DNA of 64,000 bases. Source: Octopus sinensis (taxonomy: Eukaryota). This document shows, in pieces, positions 38,085 through 49,076 of this stretch. The notes under the pieces are model-generated. The model had not been told where the DNA came from. It ran no database searches and worked only from the letters and a program-made list of their open reading frames with translations. The translations under genes were made by a program, and so were the position numbers. Each line of letters opens with the position of its first letter. The first letter of the stretch is position 1. The stretch is taken from assembly GCF_006345805.1 (NCBI RefSeq), contig NC_043005.1, positions 76,570,001-76,634,000 of the forward strand, read 5' to 3'.

Positions 38085-38576
38085 ATGTAAATCAGAACGA
38101 AACCAAAAGTATCAGTGGTGAGGCGGGGCTCGTGGGGTCCGAGCTGAACCCGCCCCCACTCCACCTGTAATGTCTTCCGGTCTGTTTTTTTCATTCGATT
38201 TTTATAATTTTTGCATTTTTTGTGAATTTTTGGAATTTTTAAACTCATCCTTTTGTAACCCCATCCGTGAATCTGACCCCACATCAGGTTGTATTGTCCC
38301 CTCTTTGTTGGCCCCTTGTGGGTAATAATAAAACAGATTATTTGATGAAGATATTGTTGTTGAATTTAAAAGTTAGTAGATTACTGTTGCTGTGTTAATT
38401 TAAATCACTGTTATTTTGGTGTCTTTTCAATAAGACGGTTAGTGACCTTCGTGCGAAGGTTGTGTACGTAGTTCCCCCCCCCGCGGGGGAATTATTGTGT
38501 GTCTTCGTGTATGAAACACATCCAAAAACAAAAAAAAAAAAAAAAATATTTTTCTACAAACGGCTGCAAAGCCAGA

Positions 38577-39929
38577 ATGTCTTTGGAAGGCAGTGAATGC
38601 AAACTGGAAGAAAAACTCGAAATGGAATTCCCCATTTCCTATTCACCTATCTCAGGTGATGAAGACTCTCAAGCCTCGGGTGAGGGAAGCTCGCCGGCGG
38701 TGACACCGGAAAAAGAATCGGCGGTAACGCCAGGAAAAAAGGCCCCAGCAAAAAAGTTTGCGGAAGTTGTAGGGCGCAAACAGAAAAACATAAATATAGA
38801 AAACCTGGATAAATATGAAGACCTTCTAAAAAAAGAAGGAAATGAAATTGCAGTTAAAAAAGATGTGGAAAAAAAGGAAGAGATTGAAAAGAAAAGAATT
38901 ATTTACAAGACATACAGCATGACTACAAAAAGTATACAAAAAGTGGAAGAGTGTAAAATAGAGGAGTGCCTGAAGGCAATCAGAAAAGATATCACATATA
39001 TAAACAGAGGAAGACGGTTCGGAACGGTAGAAGTGAGGTTCAGGACCGAAGAAATAGCTAAGAGGCTATCTACAGAACCTCAGAAAGCAGGAAACCTAGT
39101 CCTTCTACCCTTGTACAAAGGAAGAAGGACTTCAAAGATAGTGATGAGGAATATTCCCCCAGAGGCGGACGCCTCATGCCTGGTGGCGGCAGTGATGCTG
39201 GGCCTGAAGGAAAAAATCAATATCCTCCAAGCTACAGTGGAGGAGGAGGGATTTTGGCAGGGCCAGATTATCACAATGGCAATACAAGCGGAGGCCCAGA
39301 CACTGGAAGAAATACCAGAGGTGCTGAGGCTCGATGAGGAGGAGAGAGTACTAGTATTTGTAGAAGGAAGAAAACCGAGGTGCTTCGGCTGCGGAAAAAA
39401 GGGACACGTAAGAGCGGAGTGTCAACCTAAACCGCAGGTAGAAGCACCGTCGGAAAAAGAAGAAGCGGAGAAGAAAAAGAAAACAGAGGAAACCAAAGAG
39501 GTGGAAAAAGCTGCAAGTGGTGCAGAAAAGGAAAAAGAAAACGAAAAAGAGGAGGGGTGGTCTAAAGTTACCAAAAAAAAACGGAAAACTGAAACCACCC
39601 CTCAAGAAGAAGAAAACCTGAAGAAAAGAAAAGAGGTTACTTCTTCATTTATGGCCATTAAGGCTACCAACAACAGACTTGTCAATGTGTTGGCAGCCAT
39701 GGCCAAGGTGGAACGAATAAGAAAAATGAAAGACTTTATCATATACAAAATAGGCCGGAAGGACTACAGGAGGATAAAATCCGAATTCTTCCATGACGTG
39801 GGCCCTCTGAGACTGGACATGTCTCCATATCTATACGAGGGCCTACGTCGGACTCCCCCACGAGCCAAGGAAAAAAATAAAAGTGAAGAAGAAGGCGAAA
39901 CTGTCGAACAAGCCAAACTACTGATATAA
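38577..39929 (+). CDS. ORF1p, intact 450 aa
   Basis: Uninterrupted frame within track ORF 38499-39929. Confidence 0.9.
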   Translation: MSLEGSECKLEEKLEMEFPISYSPISGDEDSQASGEGSSPAVTPEKESAVTPGKKAPAKKFAEVVGRKQKNINIENLDKYEDLLKKEGNEIAVKKDVEKKEEIEKKRIIYKTYSMTTKSIQKVEECKIEECLKAIRKDITYINRGRRFGTVEVRFRTEEIAKRLSTEPQKAGNLVLLPLYKGRRTSKIVMRNIPPEADASCLVAAVMLGLKEKINILQATVEEEGFWQGQIITMAIQAEAQTLEEIPEVLRLDEEERVLVFVEGRKPRCFGCGKKGHVRAECQPKPQVEAPSEKEEAEKKKKTEETKEVEKAASGAEKEKENEKEEGWSKVTKKKRKTETTPQEEENLKKRKEVTSSFMAIKATNNRLVNVLAAMAKVERIRKMKDFIIYKIGRKDYRRIKSEFFHDVGPLRLDMSPYLYEGLRRTPPRAKEKNKSEEEGETVEQAKLLI

Positions 39930-39965
39930 GGTAAGTGATGGACTACATTTATGTTGGTTGTTTAA

Positions 39966-41657
39966 ATGTGCGCGGCCTGGGATCAAGCGGGAAGCAAGGG
40001 TGGGGCACTGGTCCATTTAGACCAATCCAAAGCTTTTGATAGGGTCGACCATCGTTACCTGGTGTCTGCCCTGGCACAGTTTGGGCTGAGCCTTGGCTTC
40101 CTCAGGTGGATTATCCAAATTTACGACAACATCGACTCGGTAGTTCGGGTGAACGGCTTCTTGTCGAAGCCGTTCAAAATCAAACGCTCGGTTCGTCAAG
40201 GGTGTCCGCTCTCCCCGCTTTTGTACGTGATGGCTCTTGAGCCATTACTGCGAAAACTGAGCGGCATCCCGAGACAGCCAGGTAATGGAAAATCAGTGTC
40301 AGCGTACGCGGACGACATCACCATCATCGTGACCGAAATGGACCACCTATGTAAAGTAGGCAAAGCCATAGAGGATTACGAGACGGTGACAGGAGCAAAA
40401 GTTAATCGCGAAAAGTCAGTCGGCTTGCAACTCGGCACCTGGAGAGGCAAGTCGATGCCTCCTGACAGCGTCGTGGGACGTTGGACGGAGGGTCCGATTA
40501 AACTGCTAGGGGTCTGGTTCGGTCCAGACCTCCAAATAGAGAAGAATTGGGGCGAGGTAACGAGCAAGGTGGCTGCAGTAGCCAAGACCTGGTCTTGGCG
40601 GTGGCTATCCTTGAAAGGGAGGGCGGAGGTGGCCAATGTGTTTATCGCATCGGTTATCACCTACCGCCTTTCCGTCGTTCCATGCCCTGATTCGTGGTTG
40701 ATCAAGTTGGAAAGACAGCTCTTCTACTTCCTGTGGAAGGGCGGGAAACCACTTGTGAAACGCTCTACTTGCTGTCAACAACCGTTAAAGGGTGGGCTAG
40801 GGATGCCTTGGCTGTTGATGCGCAAACATGCGCTGAGGTTAAGACATCTGTGGCTCTACCTGGATGGTGAACGGGTGTGGTCTTCGCTAGCAGAACGGAT
40901 GTTTCCCAAGTTCACTAGTTTCGGTGGATGGGAAACCTGGTTGAATCGTAGATCGAAACTGGGCACATGGTACACGGAGTGTCGAAAGGCTCTCCTGCTA
41001 TTCCGTCGCTCGGGCAACGCCTGCGGTGGGGGTTCCACCACATTCTTCTATAGAGGGTTGGTAGAGGCGAAATGTGAAGACACCTTGGGGGAAACCCTGG
41101 GTCTCGACGATAATCAGCTGGCCAGTCTGTTCCGACGTACGTTCGAGCCGAAGACTCTGGACAACTTCCAGAAGTCTCTGGCATGGCAATGCTACAGAGG
41201 AGCTCTACCTGTTCGGGATAAACTCGCAAGGCACGGTGGCCAAGACAGTCCGATGTGTCCAAGATGCGGGCGGGATAGGGAAACCGTCCCGCACGCTATT
41301 GTTCATTGTTCGGTCGTGTCTGAGGTGTGGGTTTATGCCGAACAGCTGTTGTCAAGCACACGAAGAGTACAGCTGTCGACTGAGTGTATTAAAAAAATTG
41401 ACCCACCAGATTTCCTCGCGAAAGAAGGTAAGAATTGTTTTCTCGTTGTGGTAGCAATTGCGAAAGAGGTGATATGGAAGACGAGAATGAAAGGTATACG
41501 GTCAGGCAAGTTCATATCCGGCCCTGGGTTGATGAATTACTTCATCTACCACCTGAAAAGGAAGATAGGGCTGGAGAGAAAATGCCTGACTAAAAGAGTG
41601 TATGAAGAACGATGGAAGGATGTAGCACGGAAGTTGAGAATGGATGACACCACATAA
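39966..41657 (+). CDS. Deletion-created 563-aa ORF: 10 new residues plus RT core from motif A onward and C-terminal domain
   Basis: MCAAWDQAGS fused to KGGALVHLDQSKAFD; translation is unproven. Confidence 0.6.
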   Translation: MCAAWDQAGSKGGALVHLDQSKAFDRVDHRYLVSALAQFGLSLGFLRWIIQIYDNIDSVVRVNGFLSKPFKIKRSVRQGCPLSPLLYVMALEPLLRKLSGIPRQPGNGKSVSAYADDITIIVTEMDHLCKVGKAIEDYETVTGAKVNREKSVGLQLGTWRGKSMPPDSVVGRWTEGPIKLLGVWFGPDLQIEKNWGEVTSKVAAVAKTWSWRWLSLKGRAEVANVFIASVITYRLSVVPCPDSWLIKLERQLFYFLWKGGKPLVKRSTCCQQPLKGGLGMPWLLMRKHALRLRHLWLYLDGERVWSSLAERMFPKFTSFGGWETWLNRRSKLGTWYTECRKALLLFRRSGNACGGGSTTFFYRGLVEAKCEDTLGETLGLDDNQLASLFRRTFEPKTLDNFQKSLAWQCYRGALPVRDKLARHGGQDSPMCPRCGRDRETVPHAIVHCSVVSEVWVYAEQLLSSTRRVQLSTECIKKIDPPDFLAKEGKNCFLVVVAIAKEVIWKTRMKGIRSGKFISGPGLMNYFIYHLKRKIGLERKCLTKRVYEERWKDVARKLRMDDTT

Positions 41658-41925
41658 ATGTAAATCAGAACGAAACCAAAAGTATCAGTGGTGAGGCGGG
41701 GCTCGTGGGGTCCGAGCTGAACCCGCCCCCACTCCACCTGTAATGTCTTCCGGTCTGTTTTTTTTCATCCGATTTTTATAATTTTTGCATTTTTGTAAAT
41801 TTTTGGAATTTTTAAACTCATCCTTTTGTAAACCCCATCCGAAAATCTGACCCCACATCAGGTTGTATTGTCCCCTCTTTGTTGGCCCCTTGTGGGTAAT
41901 AATAAAACAGATTATTTGATGAAGA

Positions 41926-44900
41926 TATTGTTGTTGAATTTAAAAGTTAGTAGATTACTGTTGCTGTGTTAATTTAAATCACTGTTATTTTGGTGTCTTT
42001 TCAATAAGACGGTTAGTGACCTTCGTGCGAAGGTTGTGTACGTAGTTCCCCCCCCCCCCCGCGGGGGAATTATTGTGTGTCTTCGTGTATGAAACACATC
42101 CAAAAACAAAAAAAAAAAAATATTTTTCTACAAACGGCTGCAAAGCCAGAATGTCTTTGGAAGGCAGTGAATGCAAACTGGAAGAAAAACTCGAAATGGA
42201 TTTCCCCATTACCTATTCACCTATCTCAGGTGATGAAGACTCTCAAACCTCGGGTGAGAGAAGCACGCCGGCGGTGACACCGGAAAAAGAATCGGCGGTA
42301 ACGCCAGGACAAAAGGCCCCAGCAAAGAAGTTTGCGGAAGTTGTTGGACGCAAACAGAAAAACATAAATATAGAAAACCTGGATAAATATGAAGACCTTC
42401 TAAAGAAAGAAGGAAATGAAATTGCAGTTAAAAAAGATATGGAAAAAAAGGAAGAGATTGAAAAGAAAAGAATTATCTACAAGACATACAGCATGACTAC
42501 AAAAAGCATACAAAAAGTGGAAGAGTGTAAAATAGAGGAGTGCCTGAAGGCAATCAGAAAAGATATCACTTATATAAACAGAGGAAGACGGTTCGGAACA
42601 GTAGAAGTAAGGTTCAGGACCGAAGAAATAGCTAAGAGGCTATCTACAGAACCTCAGAAAGCAGGAAACCTAGTCCTTCTACCCTTGTATAAAGGAAGAA
42701 GGACTTCAAAGATAGTGATGAGGAATATTCCCCCAGAGGCGGACGCCTCATGCCTGGTGGCGGCAGTGATGCTGGGCCTGAAGGAAAAAATCAATATCCT
42801 CCAAGCTACAGTGGAGGAGGAGGGATTTTGGCAGGGCCAGATTATCACAATGGCAATACAAGCGGAGGCCCAGACACTGGAAGAAATACCAGAGGTGCTG
42901 AGGCTCGATGAGGAGGAGAGAGTACTAGTATTTGTAGAAGGAAGAAAACCGAGGTGCTTCGGCTGCGGAAAAAAGGGACACGTAAGAGCGGAGTGTCAAC
43001 CTAAACCGCAGGTAGAAGCACCGTCGGAAAAAGAAGAAGCGGAGAAGAAAAAGAAAACAGAGGAAACCAAAGAGGTGGAAAAAGCTGCAAGTGGTGCAGA
43101 AAAGGAAAAAGAAAACGAAAAAGAGGAGGGGTGGTCTAAAGTTACCAAAAAAAACGGAAAACTGAAACCACCCCTCAAGAAGAAGAAAACCTGAAGAAAA
43201 GAAAAGAGGTTACTTCTTCATTTATGGCCATTAAGGCTACCAACAACAGACTTGTCAATGTGTTGGCAGCCATGGCCAAGGTGGAACGAATAAGAAAAAT
43301 GAAAGACTTTATCATATACAAAATAGGCCGGAAGGACTACAGGAGGATAAAATCCGAATTCTTCCATGACGTGGGCCCTCTGAGACTGGACATGTCTCCA
43401 TATCTATACGAGGGCCTACGTCGGACTCCCCCACGAGCCAAGGAAAAAAATAAAAGTGAAGAAGAAGGCGAAACTGTCGAACAAGCCAAACTACTGATAT
43501 AAGGTAAGTGATGGACTACATTTATGTTGGTTGTTTAAATGTGCGCGGCCTGGGATCAAGCGGGAAGCAAGGGTGGGGCACTGGTCCATTTAGACCAATC
43601 CAAAGCTTTTGATAGGGTCGACCATCGTTACCTGGTGTCTGCCCTGGCACAGTTTGGGCTGAGCCTTGGCTTCCTCAGGTGGATTATCCAAATTTACGAC
43701 AACATCGACTCGGTAGTTCGGGTGAACGGCTTCTTGTCGAAGCCGTTCAAAATCAAACGCTCGGTTCGTCAAGGGTGTCCGCTCTCCCCGCTTTTGTACG
43801 TGATGGCTCTTGAGCCATTACTGCGAAAACTGAGCGGCATCCCGAGACAGCCAGGTAATGGAAAATCAGTGTCAGCGTACGCGGACGACATCACCATCAT
43901 CGTGACCGAAATGGACCACCTATGTAAAGTAGGCAAAGCCATAGAGGATTACGAGACGGTGACAGGAGCAAAAGTTAATCGCGAAAAGTCAGTCGGCTTG
44001 CAACTCGGCACCTGGAGAGGCAAGTCGATGCCTCCTGACAGCGTCGTGGGACGTTGGACGGAGGGTCCGATTAAACTGCTAGGGGTCTGGTTCGGTCCAG
44101 ACCTCCAAATAGAGAAGAATTGGGGCGAGGTAACGAGCAAGGTGGCTGCAGTAGCCAAGACCTGGTCTTGGCGGTGGCTATCCTTGAAAGGGAGGGCGGA
44201 GGTGGCCAATGTGTTTATCGCATCGGTTATCACCTACCGCCTTTCCGTCGTTCCATGCCCTGATTCGTGGTTGATCAAGTTGGAAAGACAGCTCTTCTAC
44301 TTCCTGTGGAAGGGCGGGAAACCACTTGTGAAACGCTCTACTTGCTGTCAACAACCGTTAAAGGGTGGGCTAGGGATGCCTTGGCTGTTGATGCGCAAAC
44401 ATGCGCTGAGGTTAAGACATCTGTGGCTCTACCTGGATGGTGAACGGGTGTGGTCTTCGCTAGCAGAACGGATGTTTCCCAAGTTCACTAGTTTCGGTGG
44501 ATGGGAAACCTGGTTGAATCGTAGATCGAAACTGGGCACATGGTACACGGAGTGTCGAAAGGCTCTCCTGCTATTCCGTCGCTCGGGCAACGCCTGCGGT
44601 GGGGGTTCCACCACATTCTTCTATAGAGGGTTGGTAGAGGCGAAATGTGAAGACACCTTGGGGGAAACCCTGGGTCTCGACGATAATCAGCTGGCCAGTC
44701 TGTTCCGACGTACGTTCGAGCCGAAGACTCTGGACAACTTCCAGAAGTCTCTGGCATGGCAATGCTACAGAGGAGCTCTACCTGTTCGGGATAAACTCGC
44801 AAGGCACGGTGGCCAAGACAGTCCGATGTGTCCAAGATGCGGGCGGGATAGGGAAACCGTCCCGCACGCTATTGTTCATTGTTCGGTCGTGTCTGAGGTG

Positions 44901-45482
44901 TGGGTTTATGCCGAACAGCTGTTGTCAAGCACACGAAGAGTACAGCTGTCGACTGAGTGTATTAAAAAAATTGACCCACCAGATTTCCTCGCGAAAGAAG
45001 GTAAGAATTGTTTTCTCGTTGTGGTAGCAATTGCGAAAGAGGTGATATGGAAGACGAGAATGAAAGGTATACGGTCAGGCAAGTTCATATCCGGCCCTGG
45101 GTTGATGAATTACTTCATCTACCACCTGAAAAGGAAGATAGGGCTGGAGAGAAAATGCCTGACTAAAAGAGTGTATGAAGAACGATGGAAGGATGTAGCA
45201 CGGAAGTTGAGAATGGATGACACCACATAAATGTAAATCAGAACGAAACCAAAAGTATCAGTGGTGAGGCGGGGCTCGTGGGGTCCGAGCTGAACCCGCC
45301 CCCACTCCACCTGTAATGTCTTCCGGTCTGTTTTTTTTCATCCGATTTTTATAATTTTTGCATTTTTGTAAATTTTTGGAATTTTTAAACTCATCCTTTT
45401 GTAAACCCCATCCGAAAATCTGACCCCACATCAGGTTGTATTGTCCCCTCTTTGTTGGCCCCTTGTGGGTAATAATAAAACA
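41926..45482 (+). mobile_element. Unit 3: internally deleted LINE with divergent ORF1 5' half
   Basis: Junction GCAAGG at 43567-43572; ORF1 42151-43502 with a 1-nt shift in an A-run near 43150. Confidence 0.93.
43539..45230 (+). CDS. Deletion-created 563-aa RT-core ORF
   Basis: Identical protein to 39966-41657 in the ORF track. Confidence 0.6.
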   Translation: MCAAWDQAGSKGGALVHLDQSKAFDRVDHRYLVSALAQFGLSLGFLRWIIQIYDNIDSVVRVNGFLSKPFKIKRSVRQGCPLSPLLYVMALEPLLRKLSGIPRQPGNGKSVSAYADDITIIVTEMDHLCKVGKAIEDYETVTGAKVNREKSVGLQLGTWRGKSMPPDSVVGRWTEGPIKLLGVWFGPDLQIEKNWGEVTSKVAAVAKTWSWRWLSLKGRAEVANVFIASVITYRLSVVPCPDSWLIKLERQLFYFLWKGGKPLVKRSTCCQQPLKGGLGMPWLLMRKHALRLRHLWLYLDGERVWSSLAERMFPKFTSFGGWETWLNRRSKLGTWYTECRKALLLFRRSGNACGGGSTTFFYRGLVEAKCEDTLGETLGLDDNQLASLFRRTFEPKTLDNFQKSLAWQCYRGALPVRDKLARHGGQDSPMCPRCGRDRETVPHAIVHCSVVSEVWVYAEQLLSSTRRVQLSTECIKKIDPPDFLAKEGKNCFLVVVAIAKEVIWKTRMKGIRSGKFISGPGLMNYFIYHLKRKIGLERKCLTKRVYEERWKDVARKLRMDDTT

Positions 45483-45498
45483 GATTATTTGATGAAGA

Positions 45499-48400
45499 TA
45501 TTGTTGTTGAATTTAAAAGTTAGTAGATTACTGTTGCTGTGTTAATTTAAATCACTGTTATTTTGGTGTCTTTTCAATAAGACGGTTAGTGACCTTCGTG
45601 CGAAGGTTGTGTACGTAGTTCCCCCCCCCCCCCCCCCCGCGGGGGAATTATTGTGTGTCTTCGTGTATGAAACACATCCAAAAACAAAAAAAAAAAAAAT
45701 ATTTTTCTACAAACGGCTGCAAAGCCAGAATGTCTTTGGAAGGCAGTGAATGCAAACTGGAAGAAAAACTCGAAATGGAATTCCCCATTTCCTATTCACC
45801 TATCTCAGGTGATGAAGACTCTCAAGCCTCGGGTGAGGGAAGCTCGCCGGCGGTGACACCGGAAAAAGAATCGGCGGTAACGCCAGGAAAAAAGGCCCCA
45901 GCAAAAAAGTTTGCGGAAGTTGTAGGGCGCAAACAGAAAAACATAAATATAGAAAACCTGGATAAATATGAAGACCTTCTAAAAAAAGAAGGAAATGAAA
46001 TTGCAGTTAAAAAAGATGTGGAAAAAAAGGAAGAGATTGAAAAGAAAAGAATTATTTACAAGACATACAGCATGACTACAAAAAGTATACAAAAAGTGGA
46101 AGAGTGTAAAATAGAGGAGTGCCTGAAGGCAATCAGAAAAGATATCACATATATAAACAGAGGAAGACGGTTCGGAACGGTAGAAGTGAGGTTCAGGACC
46201 GAAGAAATAGCTAAGAGGCTATCTACAGAACCTCAGAAAGCAGGAAACCTAGTCCTTCTACCCTTGTACAAAGGAAGAAGGACTTCAAAGATAGTGATGA
46301 GGAATATTCCCCCAGAGGCGGACGCCTCATGCCTGGTGGCGGCAGTGATGCTGGGCCTGAAGGAAAAAATCAATATCCTCCAAGCTACAGTGGAGGAGGA
46401 GGGATTTTGGCAGGGCCAGATTATCACAATGGCAATACAAGCGGAGGCCCAGACACTGGAAGAAATACCAGAGGTGCTGAGGCTCGATGAGGAGGAGAGA
46501 GTACTAGTATTTGTAGAAGGAAGAAAACCGAGGTGCTTCGGCTGCGGAAAAAAGGGACACGTAAGAGCGGAGTGTCAACCTAAACCGCAGGTAGAAGCAC
46601 CGTCGGAAAAAGAAGAAGCGGAGAAGAAAAAGAAAACAGAGGAAACCAAAGAGGTGGAAAAAGCTGCAAGTGGTGCAGAAAAGGAAAAGAAAACGAAAAA
46701 GAGGAGGGGTGGTCTAAAGTTACCAAAAAAAACGGAAAACTGAAACCACCCCTCAAGAAGAAGAAAACCTGAAGAAAAGAAAAGAGGTTACTTCTTCATT
46801 TATGGCCATTAAGGCTACCAACAACAGACTTGTCAATGTGTTGGCAGCCATGGCCAAGGTGGAACGAATAAGAAAAATGAAAGACTTTATCATATACAAA
46901 ATAGGCCGGAAGGACTACAGGAGGATAAAATCCGAATTCTTCCATGACGTGGGCCCTCTGAGACTGGACATGTCTCCATATCTATACGAGGGCCTACGTC
47001 GGACTCCCCCACGAGCCAAGGAAAAAAATAAAAGTGAAGAAGAAGGCGAAACTGTCGAACAAGCCAAACTACTGATATAAGGTAAGTGATGGACTACATT
47101 TATGTTGGTTGTTTAAATGTGCGCGGCCTGGGATCAAGCGGGAAGCAAGGGTGGGGCACTGGTCCATTTAGACCAATCCAAAGCTTTTGATAGGGTCGAC
47201 CATCGTTACCTGGTGTCTGCCCTGGCACAGTTTGGGCTGAGCCTTGGCTTCCTCAGGTGGATTATCCAAATTTACGACAACATCGACTCGGTAGTTCGGG
47301 TGAACGGCTTCTTGTCGAAGCCGTTCAAAATCAAACGCTCGGTTCGTCAAGGGTGTCCGCTCTCCCCGCTGTTGTACGTGATGGCTCTTGAGCCATTACT
47401 GCGAAAACTGAGCGGCATCCCGAGACAGCCAGGTAATGGAAAATCAGTGTCAGCGTACGCGGACGACATCACCATCATCGTGACCGAAATGGACCACCTA
47501 TGTAAAGTAGGCAAGGCCATAGAGGATTACGAGACGGTGACAGGAGCAAAAGTTAATCGCGAAAAGTCAGTCGGCTTGCAACTCGGCACCTGGAGAGGCA
47601 AGTCGATGCCTCCTGACAGCGTCGTGGGACGTTGGACGGAGGGTCCGATTAAACTGCTAGGGGTCTGGTTCGGTCCAGACCTCCAAATAGAGAAGAATTG
47701 GGGCGAGGTAACGAGCAAGGTGGCTGCAGTAGCCAAGACCTGGTCTTGGCGGTGGCTATCCTTGAAAGGGAGGGCGGAGGTGGCCAATGTGTTTATCGCA
47801 TCGGTTATCACCTACCGCCTTTCCGTCGTTCCATGCCCTGATTCGTGGTTGATCAAGTTGGAAAGACAGCTCTTCTACTTCCTGTGGAAGGGCGGGAAAC
47901 CACTTGTGAAACGCTCTACTTGCTGTCAACAACCGTTAAAGGGTGGGCTAGGGATGCCTTGGCTGTTGATGCGCAAACATGCGCTGAGGTTAAGACATCT
48001 GTGGCTCTACCTGGATGGTGAACGGGTGTGGTCTTCGCTAGCAGAACGGATGTTTCCCAAGTTCACTAGTTTCGGTGGATGGGAAACCTGGTTGAATCGT
48101 AGATCGAAACTGGGCACATGGTATACGGAGTGTCGAAAGGCTCTCCTGCTATTCCGTCGCTCGGGCAACGCCTGCGGTGGGGGTTCCACCACATTCTTCT
48201 ATAGAGGGTTGGTAGAGGCGAAATGTGAAGACACCTTGGGGGAAACCCTGGGTCTCGACGATAATCAGCTGGCCAGTCTGTTCCGACGTACGTTCGAGCC
48301 GAAGACTCTGGACAACTTCCAGAAGTCTCTGGCATGGCAATGCTACAGAGGAGCTCTACCTGTTCGGGATAAACTCGCAAGGCACGGTGGCCAAGACAGT

Positions 48401-49060
48401 CCGATGTGTCCAAGATGCGGGCGGGATAGGGAAACCGTCCCGCACGCTATTGTTCATTGTTCGGTCGTGTCTGAGGTGTGGGTTTATGCCGAACAGCTGT
48501 TGTCAAGCACACGAAGAGTACAGCTGTCGACTGAGTGTATTAAAAAAATTGACCCACCAGATTTCCTCGCGAAAGAAGGTAAGAATTGTTTTCTCGTTGT
48601 GGTAGCAATTGCGAAAGAGGTGATATGGAAGACGAGAATGAAAGGTATACGGTCAGGCAAGTTCATATCCGGCCCTGGGTTGATGAATTACTTCATCTAC
48701 CACCTGAAAAGGAAGATAGGGCTGGAGAGAAAATGCCTGACTAAAAGAGTGTATGAAGAACGATGGAAGGATGTAGCACGGAAGTTGAGAATGGATGACA
48801 CCACATAAATGTAAATCAGAACGAAACCAAAAGTATCAGTGGTGAGGCGGGGCTCGTGGGGTCCGAGCTGAACCCGCCCCCACTCCACCTGTAATGTCTT
48901 CCGGTCTGTTTTTTTTCATCCGATTTTTATAATTTTTGCATTTTTGTAAATTTTTGGAATTTTTAAACTCATCCTTTTGTAAACCCCATCCGAAAATCTG
49001 ACCCCACATCAGGTTGTATTGTCCCCTCTTTGTTGGCCCCTTGTGGGTAATAATAAAACA
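45499..49060 (+). mobile_element. Unit 4: internally deleted LINE
   Basis: Junction GCAAGG at 47145-47150; ORF1 45730-47080 with A-run indels near 46690 and 46730. Confidence 0.93.
47117..48808 (+). CDS. Deletion-created 563-aa RT-core ORF
   Basis: Identical protein to 39966-41657 in the ORF track. Confidence 0.6.
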   Translation: MCAAWDQAGSKGGALVHLDQSKAFDRVDHRYLVSALAQFGLSLGFLRWIIQIYDNIDSVVRVNGFLSKPFKIKRSVRQGCPLSPLLYVMALEPLLRKLSGIPRQPGNGKSVSAYADDITIIVTEMDHLCKVGKAIEDYETVTGAKVNREKSVGLQLGTWRGKSMPPDSVVGRWTEGPIKLLGVWFGPDLQIEKNWGEVTSKVAAVAKTWSWRWLSLKGRAEVANVFIASVITYRLSVVPCPDSWLIKLERQLFYFLWKGGKPLVKRSTCCQQPLKGGLGMPWLLMRKHALRLRHLWLYLDGERVWSSLAERMFPKFTSFGGWETWLNRRSKLGTWYTECRKALLLFRRSGNACGGGSTTFFYRGLVEAKCEDTLGETLGLDDNQLASLFRRTFEPKTLDNFQKSLAWQCYRGALPVRDKLARHGGQDSPMCPRCGRDRETVPHAIVHCSVVSEVWVYAEQLLSSTRRVQLSTECIKKIDPPDFLAKEGKNCFLVVVAIAKEVIWKTRMKGIRSGKFISGPGLMNYFIYHLKRKIGLERKCLTKRVYEERWKDVARKLRMDDTT

Positions 49061-49076
49061 GATTATTTGATGAAGA

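Larger units (their letters stand above)
33100..38335 (+). mobile_element. Unit 1: full-length Tx1/L1-clade LINE
   Basis: 5' UTR, ORF1, ORF2, 3' UTR ending GGGTAATAATAAAACA. Confidence 0.93.
38352..41909 (+). mobile_element. Unit 2: internally deleted LINE
   Basis: Lacks 1679 bp of ORF2; junction GCAAGG at 39994-39999. Confidence 0.93.
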
